Origin: an uncultured virus (IMG/VR IMGVR_UViG_3300030451_004121) | Lineage: Duplodnaviria; Heunggongvirae; Uroviricota; Caudoviricetes; Crassvirales | Strand: one strand, 5' to 3' | Virus record (IMG/VR): IMGVR_UViG_3300030451_004121 | Location: 44,468-64,467 of that record | DNA: 20,000 bases | Shown: positions 1-8,034 of the stretch, piece after piece | Numbering within the stretch: position 1 is the stretch's first letter | Layout: every line of letters begins with the position of its first letter | Program-made: the position numbers and the translations under genes | Notes under the pieces: generated by a model | Databases searched by the model: none | What the model was told of the DNA's origin: nothing | Seen by the model: only the letters and a program-made list of their open reading frames with translations

Positions 1-1
1 T

Positions 2-3000
2 CCAGATGGTACTAAAAGATGGAACAGTAAAGTAGAGTTTCAAAACAGTTCTGAATACTGGGAAGGATTAACACAAATACTAACTAATCCTCAGTTAGAG
101 TCTTTAATAAAAGAAGGTATAGGAGGAGAAACTGGTATACAGTATGCTGAGTTAGATGATTTCGTAGAAAAAGTAAAAGTAAAACTACAAAGAAGATACG
201 AAGGGCAAACAAGAGTAATAAAAGACGCTGACGGTAATCCAATTGTAGACGAAAGAGGTATAGAACGAAGAGAGAGAGTTCTTGATGAAAATGGTAATCC
301 AAAAGGAGGTTTTGATCCGTCTATGGCTAATGGTAGTTTATTTGGTTGGTTAATAGGTGGTAGTGGTAGTTATACAAATTCAAATTTATATCGTGCTAGA
401 GGAGATGTGATGAACGAGTATAAAGAGGAAATTGAAACTATATCTGCTGATACAGAAGGAACTGCTAGAAAGCTATCTCAAATACCAAGTGATAACGATG
501 TTAAGCAAGAAACTAAAAATGAGGTAGAAAGAAATAAAATAGATTTACTTAAACTACCTGTAATAGAAAGAGTTTCTGATAAAATAAAATCTAAGGTTAA
601 ACCAGCAAAAGGAGATGGGCATAAAGAAATAATATCTAAGCACGCTGGTGAAGTTGGTCAGCTTATATTTGATATTCCTGGAGATAAAATTGTAAAAGGT
701 GGCGCTAATTTAACTGCTGTTACTAAGTACGAGGAAGGCATGCCTATTCCTGGTGAGGCTCAAAATATACAAAGAGTTTTTAACGCTCCTCAATTTGCTG
801 AAAAATTTATTAAAACACTACCTTTATACAACGTTGTTGAAAGAACTGGTGATATAAATTTAAAAGGAGAAAATTTAGATGTGTCACGAAATGTTTTTGG
901 TGTAGCTATAGGTTTAAAAGGCTTGCCAATGGATTATTTTTATGAAGATTATATTGACCCAAGATCTCTTAGTAAAGACCCATTAATTAAAGCTGAATCT
1001 ATTACCTCTCCAAAAGGTAGAAGTAAAGGTTTAACAACTCAGACACAAGTAAAAAAATTGAAACAAGAGTTTATAAACCCTACGCCGGAAACTATAGAAA
1101 AGTTTAAAAGAGATATAGGTATAACGCCTAAGCTTGAAGCAAACGAATACAGTAGAGATATTGGTCAGTTACAGAAAGGAGTTGCTAAGGTAATTTCTAT
1201 GAACGTATCGTTGTCTGCTGCTCAAAGAAATCTGCAAGATCAACTTAACAAAGCTATTAAAGAAGGTAAGTCTCCAAAAGTAACACAAGAAATAAAACAA
1301 CAAACAGCCAATATTACAGGCGCTCAAAGTAAAATTGCTTTTAGTAAAGGTGTAGCGGACCAAAAGAACAGGTTGCAGTTTAGTGAATCTATACCTGTTG
1401 AACAGCTTTCAAACGCAGAGATATTAGCACAAAATAAAGATTACAAACTGATAGTCAAAAGAGGTAAACAAATCCCTATAAATATGAATACCCCAAAAGG
1501 TAGATTAATATTTAAAGAGTGGGTAATAAAAGATTTATCTAAACGTTTGCCAAAAGCATTTTTCTACACTTCTGGAACTTTTGATGGTACTAGCAAGGGT
1601 CTATTTACCGAGGGGGACTATGTTGGAGCATTTAGAGGGCCAAAAGCAAATTTACTAAATGTTTCTGTAGAAGAAACTATAGCTATGTTTGCTCCTGACC
1701 ACGTATTTGGACCTGATGACGCAGACATAAGCATGGCCTTAACTAGAGTAACTCAAAATAAAAAGAATTTAGAAGACACTAATGCTAAGCTACAAAGAGC
1801 TATAGGTTTTAAAAAGATATTAAACGTTCTCAACCAAATGATACAAGAAGACAAAGCTAATATACCTTATGTAGCAGCTTTATTATCTTCTACTAGTTCT
1901 AACATGAATCACTTTATGAGAAAAGGATCTATATATGAGTTTAGAAACACATTAAACGAAGCTAATGTAGAAGAGCATACTCAAGCAGCTAGTGATTTTG
2001 CTAAGTTTGTATTAAATAGAATGGTCGATGGGACTTTCGATAAATATATCGACGTGGCTATGCAGGCTTATTTCCAAGGATCATTACCGTTAAAATTTGA
2101 GATTTTACTTGTAGACCCGGCCGGTGAGTTTAATTATAAAAATAACGCTGGTATTTATACCAAACTAATATTAGTAGACGGTAAACCAGTGTGGATTAGA
2201 TATTTTAATCCTGATGTTAATAATAATCAGGGTGGTATTAATCCAAATGTTTTAATATTAGCTGGTGGAAACACAATAGCGCAAGAATATGGAGTTGGCG
2301 TAGATGAGTCTTTATACAATCACGATGAAGTAGTATCAAAACAACAAGAATTGTTGTTTAAAATTTTTAATGGTGATATAACTCAAGAAGTAGCTAGCAA
2401 AACAATAAATGAATACGCTATGAAGTTTTCTAAAGTTTCACCATCTTCAGAGGTTAAAAAAGCAATTAAATTTAGCAAGGCTATAGAAAACGCTCGTTTA
2501 ATAAACCACAACACTCCATCGAGAGGTATGAGTGCTTGGGATTTTGATGACACATTAGCAACTACCAAGTCTGGAGTTAGAGCTACTGTACCTAATCCTG
2601 ATGGCACACCACAACCAAATAGAAAAGTTATATTCTTGGCAGGTGGAGCTGGTAGTGGTAAATCTAATGTTGTTAAAAAATTAGGTTTAGAAGAACAAGG
2701 ATTTAAAATAGTAAACTCTGATATATCACTAGAGTGGTTAAAGAAAAACTCTGGATTACCAGAGAACATGAACGATCTTACTAGAGAGCAATTAAGTGAA
2801 TTAGGTAGATTACAGGCTCAGGCTAGAAAAATATCTAAAGGTAAAATGATGAAGTACCAAGGCAACGCTGACGGTGTTGTAGTTGATGGTACTGGTGGGT
2901 CTATAAAAGCTATGCAGAAGCTTGTTAACGAGTTTAAAGAAAAGGGCTATGATGTAAGTATGGTTTTTGTAGAAACTTCCTTAGAAACAGCCTTAGATCG

Positions 3001-6000
3001 TAATAGAAAAAGAAAAGAAAGATCTTTATTAGATAAGATAGTTATTAGAAACCACGAGGCCGTTCAAGGCAATAAAGAAGGGTTTAAAGAAATGTTTGGT
3101 GAAAGATTTATGGAGGTTAAAACAGATAATCTTACACAGGCAGATCCTATGCCAGCAGATCTTATGCAACAAATGAATGACTTTGTTAGTAGTTATAAAA
3201 AACTAAGATTAGATGCAGAGCAGTTTGCTACACAAGGAGCAGATATACTAGAGCAAGGTGGTGTGTTTGATTTTTCTGAGTTTAACGTTGTTACAGAAGG
3301 TGCTCAAGGCCCTATGTTTAAAACAGCGTTTGATAGAGCTCAGAAATATGGGACTAAAGATACTTATGTGCTAACCGCTAGACCAGCTGAATCTGCCGGA
3401 CCAATACAACAGTTTTTAGCTTCTCAAGGATTAAATATACCTTTAGAAAATATAACTGGATTAGGTAATAGTACTGGTGAGGCAAAAGCAGAGTGGATTT
3501 TAGAAAAGTTTTCAGAAGGATATAACGATATATACTTTGCTGATGATGCGATGCAAAATGTTGAGGCTGTTAAAGATGTGTTAGACCAGTTAGATATTAA
3601 ATCTGAAGTTGTACAGGCTAAAATACAATTTAGTAGAGGTATAGACAACAAGGTCGACAAAATGTTTACTAACCCTGCTCTTGTCAAAATAAAAGAAAAT
3701 ATAAGTATTAACAACGTAAGTAATGTTAGTAGTTTAACAAGAGACGGTGTTTATAGTAACATACAATTTTCAAAGAAACATAGGGGCGAATATGAAAACT
3801 TAATATCTAAAAATAGACCAGACTTAGTAAAAGAAGGTTTAGTATCACAGACTGTTGACCAAATGTTTGATCTTGTCAACAATTTAAGTATACCGCCTGA
3901 TAAAAGAAGAAAGTACGAAAAAATAATGACTAAATGGTTAGCTACTAGTACTATGAAGCTACCAGAAGATAATTATAAGCTACAAGATGCTGTAGAGTTA
4001 GCTGAGAAAAATAAATTGGACGTGTTTTCTTATAGAAATCCTAATGAGATTATAGAAAAATTTGCTGGTAAATCTAAAGCAAAACCTATAAATCCAGATA
4101 CAGTAGAGCTATTTGTAAAAGACGAAAGCAAAACTAATAAAAAATATGGTATAACAGAGTATGTGGTTGAAGAAACTAAAGAAAGTCAAGCTATTGTTAG
4201 AAAAGTAGTAGATACTCATTGGGGGCCAAAATCTAATCCTTGGTGTATATGCGCTAGAGATAAAAATGGATCAATGGACGCTGCTTGGGACAATTGGAAA
4301 AAGTATTCTGACGGTCCAAAAAGAATTGTGTTTCAAAACGGAAAGTTGTTAGCTTTTTATGCTAATGATTTGTATTGGGATAGAATGGACAATGATACAG
4401 ACGCTCCTGTTATAAATATTAAAGAAGGTAGAGTTACTAAAAAAGTAGAGCTAGTTCCTATAGGTAAAAATAAGGTTGATGAGTTTGTGATAGAGGTTCG
4501 TACTGTTAGTGAAGATGGCAATACCGTTACAACAGAAATTGTTGGAGAAACAGGATCGAACTACGAAGTTGGAACTAAAATCGTAGAAAATAGAGTTAAC
4601 GGTGTAACCGTTAAAAAGACTAGGTCGACTTCTGATAGAATGAGTATTGAGTGGGGATTTGAACCTGGTAGGGTTCAAGAAGTGCAGAACTACAACGAAA
4701 AAGGTGAATTAACTAGTAGTATTTTCTACCAAGAAGCTGGTGTTATAGGTACTATTAACCATGCTGAAGAGTTTGGAGGTATAACGGAATCTGAGATAGT
4801 CGAGAAAAAAGGAGATATAATAAGTAACGAAGGTGGTGGAGAATACTTTGCTCAAATTAATCTTGCAAAACAAGGTATAAAAAACGCGGACCCTACTGTT
4901 ATTACAGAAATAGGTTGGGAAATGGATGGAAAACTAGAAGATGTTATTACTACGTCTTCTAATGGTGAGACAAGAGTAGACCTTAAAAAAATTCTTAAAA
5001 TAGATTCTAAAGCTCAAGGATTGCCACCTGGTATACAATTTAGTAAAGATATAAGCAAAGAGTTTAACGAGCTTTTAGAAAGAACAACTGGCGTTGAAGC
5101 TAGAAAGAGATTTTCAGAGGCACAAGCTAAAATTAGAGGTAAAAAAGGTAGGTACAAGGGTATAATACCGGCTTCTGCTCAAGATTTCTTAGGACTACTA
5201 TATAACTTTATGGGTAAAGGTAAACAAGGAGATGCTGATATGGCTTTCTTCAAAAAAGCCTTGATAGATCCTTTTGCTAGAGGTATAGACGAGTTAAATG
5301 CTTCTAGACAAGCCGCTTCTAATGATTACAAAAATTTAACAAAAGAGTTTCCTAAAGTTAAAAAGAGATTAAATAAAAAAGCAGGAGATACAGGTTTTAC
5401 AAACGATCAAGCAGTTAGAGTTTATTTATGGATTAAGGCTGGTTTTGAAGTGCCTGGTTTATCAAATAGAGATTTAGCTGCATTAAACGCACATGTAAAA
5501 AACGACCCTGAATTACAAGCCTTCGCAGATGCTCTTGGTATAATATCTAAAAAAGCAGAAGGTTATGCAAAACCAGGAGAGTATTGGTTGGTAGAAAATA
5601 TTATTTCTGATTTAACAAGTGATGGTGCTATTGGAGAGGTTAGAGCAGAGTTTTTAGCAGAGTGGCAACAAAACGTTGATCAAATATTTTCTAAGGAAAA
5701 TCTAAATAAAATAGAAGCTATATACGGTTCTAAATTTAGAGAAGCATTAGAAGATATATTATATCGTATGCAAACTGGTAGAAATAGATCTCAAGGTGGA
5801 GGTAGATTAATGAATAATTATATGAACTGGGTTAATAATTCTGTTGGTGCTATCATGTTCTTTAATATTCGTTCTGCTGTACTACAGACTATATCTGCTA
5901 CTAACTATATTAATTGGTCTGATAACAACCCGTTAAAAGCTGCTATGGCATTTGCTAATCAAAAACAGTTTTGGTCAGACTTTGTAATGTTGTTTAATTC

Positions 6001-7336
6001 AGATTACTTAAAACAAAGAAGAGCTGGTAATAGAAGAGGTGTTAATGAAGCTGAACTAACATCGGCAGTAATGGGTGTTGGGCCTGCTGAACAAGCGAAA
6101 GCTGCTTTAAGATATTTATTAAAAATAGGATTTTTACCAACGCAAATTGCGGATAGTTTTGCAATTGCTTCTGGTGGTGCAAGTTTTTATAGAAACAGAG
6201 TTAATTCATATTTAAAACAAGGTATGTCTAAAGCAGAAGCAGAGCAAAAAGCGTTTTTAGACTTTCAAGAAACTACAGAGGTGTCACAGCAGTCTGCTAG
6301 ACCTGATATGATTTCACAGCAACAAGCTAATCCATTAGGAAGATTAATACTATCTTTTCAAAACACACCAATGCAGTATGCTAGAATTATGAACAAAGCC
6401 GCTAGAGATATTGCGAACGGTAGAGGTGATTTTAAAACTCACGTATCTAAAATAATATACTACGGAGCTATTCAGTCTATAATATTTAGTGCTTTACAAT
6501 CAGCTATATTTGCTTCCTTAGGAGATGATGAAGAAGAAGATTTTGATACAAAGAAGCAAAGAATTTTAAACCAGATGATAGACTCTGTTCTTTCTGGTAT
6601 TGGTTATGGTGGAAAAGCTATATCTACTGTTAAAAACGCTACGATGGAGTATTTGAAACAAAGAGATAAAGGCTTTAGAGCTGACCATGCTTATACGATA
6701 TTACAACTTTTAGGTTTTTCTCCACCTATTGGATCTAAACTTAGAAAAATATATAGCGCTATACAGACCGAGAAATTTAATAAAGATGTATTTAAAAGAA
6801 GAGGTTTAACGTTAGACAATCCTATTTGGCAAGCTATTGGATATACTATAGAAGGATTTTTTAACGTGCCTTTAGGTAGATTATCTCAGAAAATGCAAAA
6901 CTTAGATAATGCTCTTGATAGTAACAACGAGTGGTGGGAAAGAATTGCTTTAATTATGGGATGGAACACTTGGGACCTTGGTATTAAAGACGCGGACATT
7001 GAAGGCATAAAAGAGGAGATTAAAGAAGAAAAGAAAGAAAAAGATAAAGAAAGAAGAGAACAAAAGAAAAAAGAAAAAGAAGAAGAAAAAAAGAAAGAAC
7101 AAGAAGAGTTAATTAAACAAAACCAAGAGAAAAGTAAAGAAGATGGTATTTGCTCTGCTATAAGTAGAAGTGGTAATAGGTGTAAAAACAAGGCAGAGTC
7201 AGGTGGTTTATGCACAATACACGCTAAAGTAGAGCAAGGAACTAAGGAGGTTCAATGTAGTAAAATTAAATCTAACGGTGAGAGATGTAAAATGAAAACC
7301 AAGGCAAAAAGCGGTTTATGCTACTATCATGATTAA
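2..7336 (+). CDS. Giant multidomain (polyvalent) phage protein, probably virion-internal/ejected; 5'-truncated by the window edge
   Basis: Frame +2 is open from base 2 (PDGTKRWNSK...) into the ORF-track ATG at 323, so the true start lies upstream. It contains HAD, P-loop kinase, WC-motif, long helical and Zn-finger segments. The virion location is inferred from size and context. Confidence 0.85.
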   Translation, partial: PDGTKRWNSKVEFQNSSEYWEGLTQILTNPQLESLIKEGIGGETGIQYAELDDFVEKVKVKLQRRYEGQTRVIKDADGNPIVDERGIERRERVLDENGNPKGGFDPSMANGSLFGWLIGGSGSYTNSNLYRARGDVMNEYKEEIETISADTEGTARKLSQIPSDNDVKQETKNEVERNKIDLLKLPVIERVSDKIKSKVKPAKGDGHKEIISKHAGEVGQLIFDIPGDKIVKGGANLTAVTKYEEGMPIPGEAQNIQRVFNAPQFAEKFIKTLPLYNVVERTGDINLKGENLDVSRNVFGVAIGLKGLPMDYFYEDYIDPRSLSKDPLIKAESITSPKGRSKGLTTQTQVKKLKQEFINPTPETIEKFKRDIGITPKLEANEYSRDIGQLQKGVAKVISMNVSLSAAQRNLQDQLNKAIKEGKSPKVTQEIKQQTANITGAQSKIAFSKGVADQKNRLQFSESIPVEQLSNAEILAQNKDYKLIVKRGKQIPINMNTPKGRLIFKEWVIKDLSKRLPKAFFYTSGTFDGTSKGLFTEGDYVGAFRGPKANLLNVSVEETIAMFAPDHVFGPDDADISMALTRVTQNKKNLEDTNAKLQRAIGFKKILNVLNQMIQEDKANIPYVAALLSSTSSNMNHFMRKGSIYEFRNTLNEANVEEHTQAASDFAKFVLNRMVDGTFDKYIDVAMQAYFQGSLPLKFEILLVDPAGEFNYKNNAGIYTKLILVDGKPVWIRYFNPDVNNNQGGINPNVLILAGGNTIAQEYGVGVDESLYNHDEVVSKQQELLFKIFNGDITQEVASKTINEYAMKFSKVSPSSEVKKAIKFSKAIENARLINHNTPSRGMSAWDFDDTLATTKSGVRATVPNPDGTPQPNRKVIFLAGGAGSGKSNVVKKLGLEEQGFKIVNSDISLEWLKKNSGLPENMNDLTREQLSELGRLQAQARKISKGKMMKYQGNADGVVVDGTGGSIKAMQKLVNEFKEKGYDVSMVFVETSLETALDRNRKRKERSLLDKIVIRNHEAVQGNKEGFKEMFGERFMEVKTDNLTQADPMPADLMQQMNDFVSSYKKLRLDAEQFATQGADILEQGGVFDFSEFNVVTEGAQGPMFKTAFDRAQKYGTKDTYVLTARPAESAGPIQQFLASQGLNIPLENITGLGNSTGEAKAEWILEKFSEGYNDIYFADDAMQNVEAVKDVLDQLDIKSEVVQAKIQFSRGIDNKVDKMFTNPALVKIKENISINNVSNVSSLTRDGVYSNIQFSKKHRGEYENLISKNRPDLVKEGLVSQTVDQMFDLVNNLSIPPDKRRKYEKIMTKWLATSTMKLPEDNYKLQDAVELAEKNKLDVFSYRNPNEIIEKFAGKSKAKPINPDTVELFVKDESKTNKKYGITEYVVEETKESQAIVRKVVDTHWGPKSNPWCICARDKNGSMDAAWDNWKKYSDGPKRIVFQNGKLLAFYANDLYWDRMDNDTDAPVINIKEGRVTKKVELVPIGKNKVDEFVIEVRTVSEDGNTVTTEIVGETGSNYEVGTKIVENRVNGVTVKKTRSTSDRMSIEWGFEPGRVQEVQNYNEKGELTSSIFYQEAGVIGTINHAEEFGGITESEIVEKKGDIISNEGGGEYFAQINLAKQGIKNADPTVITEIGWEMDGKLEDVITTSSNGETRVDLKKILKIDSKAQGLPPGIQFSKDISKEFNELLERTTGVEARKRFSEAQAKIRGKKGRYKGIIPASAQDFLGLLYNFMGKGKQGDADMAFFKKALIDPFARGIDELNASRQAASNDYKNLTKEFPKVKKRLNKKAGDTGFTNDQAVRVYLWIKAGFEVPGLSNRDLAALNAHVKNDPELQAFADALGIISKKAEGYAKPGEYWLVENIISDLTSDGAIGEVRAEFLAEWQQNVDQIFSKENLNKIEAIYGSKFREALEDILYRMQTGRNRSQGGGRLMNNYMNWVNNSVGAIMFFNIRSAVLQTISATNYINWSDNNPLKAAMAFANQKQFWSDFVMLFNSDYLKQRRAGNRRGVNEAELTSAVMGVGPAEQAKAALRYLLKIGFLPTQIADSFAIASGGASFYRNRVNSYLKQGMSKAEAEQKAFLDFQETTEVSQQSARPDMISQQQANPLGRLILSFQNTPMQYARIMNKAARDIANGRGDFKTHVSKIIYYGAIQSIIFSALQSAIFASLGDDEEEDFDTKKQRILNQMIDSVLSGIGYGGKAISTVKNATMEYLKQRDKGFRADHAYTILQLLGFSPPIGSKLRKIYSAIQTEKFNKDVFKRRGLTLDNPIWQAIGYTIEGFFNVPLGRLSQKMQNLDNALDSNNEWWERIALIMGWNTWDLGIKDADIEGIKEEIKEEKKEKDKERREQKKKEKEEEKKKEQEELIKQNQEKSKEDGICSAISRSGNRCKNKAESGGLCTIHAKVEQGTKEVQCSKIKSNGERCKMKTKAKSGLCYYHD
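2528..3622 (+). other. HAD-superfamily phosphatase domain, split by an inserted kinase
   Basis: Motif I DFDDT (2540-2554), motif II VLTAR (3368-3382), motif III Lys in GEAKAEW, motif IV YFADD (3533-3547). Confidence 0.85.
2615..3196 (+). other. Zeta-toxin/AAA_33-like P-loop kinase domain
   Basis: VIFLAGGAGSGKS Walker A (2642-2665), IVNSD, VVVDGTG, and lid motif ALDRNRKRKER. Confidence 0.85.
3623..5053 (+). repeat. Imperfect 21-bp direct repeat (3623-3643 and 5033-5053) flanking a 1.4-kb in-frame module
   Basis: ATACAATTTAGTAGAGGTATA vs ATACAATTTAGTAAAGATATA, 19/21 identical; the copies encode IQFSRGI and IQFSKDI. Confidence 0.7.
7151..7330 (+). other. Two tandem C-x9-C-x9/10-C-x2-H zinc-finger-like repeats (DUF5763-like) after a K/E-rich linker
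   Basis: CSAISRSGNRCKNKAESGGLCTIH and CSKIKSNGERCKMKTKAKSGLCYYH. Confidence 0.75.
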
Positions 7337-7383
7337 ATAATTTGAAAAACAAGTAATTCTATAATAATAAAGTACACTTAAAA

Positions 7384-7662
7384 ATGGCAAAAGAATTAAA
7401 TGAAGATACTGGCTTTGTATTAAGCATAAAAACATTAATAGGAATAGGTTTTGCAATAGCAACAATAGCTGGTATGTGGTTTACATTACAAGCTGATATT
7501 GCAGAGGCAAAAGAGCTACCAGCTCCACCAGACCCTGAAGTTACACGCTTAGAGTTTGATATGAAAGATCAAATGATAAGACAAACTATTATGACTACAC
7601 AAGAAGACGTTAAAGAAATTAAAAAGTCTATTGAAAAAATAGAAGAAAAACTTTACGAATAA
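7384..7662 (+). CDS. Single-pass membrane protein with a C-terminal coiled coil
   Basis: Hydrophobic TLIGIGFAIATIAGMWF, Pro-rich hinge, heptad-like tail; TAATG overlap with the next gene. Confidence 0.8.
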   Translation: MAKELNEDTGFVLSIKTLIGIGFAIATIAGMWFTLQADIAEAKELPAPPDPEVTRLEFDMKDQMIRQTIMTTQEDVKEIKKSIEKIEEKLYE

Positions 7663-8033
7663 TGGAAGAAACTAAAACACCTTGGAGCGTATACGCTATT
7701 TATATGTTAGTATTAATATTTATGATGATAGCAGGTACAGTTAAGGGCCAAAACATTTGCAAGACAGATGTATGTGTAGTTGAGTTTAATGCTAGTTGGA
7801 ACAAAGCTAACAGTGTAGACTGGTTAGATAAGCTAAATGATTGTGGTGTTCAAAGAATAAATATAGACGAGGGTGATTGGCAAAAGAAATATAATATAGT
7901 TGTAGTGCCTACAATTATAGTTTTTAACGGAGAAGAAGTAAAACGTTATCAAGCAGATCTTAGTTTTACTATGGCCGTAACAAGAAAAGAAGTACAAGAA
8001 GAAGTTGATGAAATAATAATGAGTGACTTTTAA
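7662..8033 (+). CDS. Exported or membrane-anchored thioredoxin-fold protein lacking CxxC
   Basis: VVEFNASWNKAN in place of VVDFxAxWCxxC, INID, YNIVVVPTIIVFNGEEVKRY (cis-Pro motif); N-terminal hydrophobic segment ending VKG-Q. Confidence 0.8.
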   Translation: MEETKTPWSVYAIYMLVLIFMMIAGTVKGQNICKTDVCVVEFNASWNKANSVDWLDKLNDCGVQRINIDEGDWQKKYNIVVVPTIIVFNGEEVKRYQADLSFTMAVTRKEVQEEVDEIIMSDF

Positions 8034-8034
8034 A

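Noticed and set aside
4648..4668. GGTTCAAATCC tRNA T-loop-like sequence on the - strand
   Set aside because: The T-stem does not pair fully, no cloverleaf forms, and it lies inside a CDS.
84..7215. Minus-strand ORFs at 84-302, 1169-1363, 2383-2769, 3424-3714, 4451-4678 and 6886-7215
   Set aside because: Antisense shadows of the giant gene; their F/L/S-rich composition mirrors the K/E codons on the + strand.
7337..7383. Possible phage late promoter (TAATTCTATAAT), with loose look-alikes near 13354 and 14277
   Set aside because: Too degenerate in AT-rich DNA to support from three sites.
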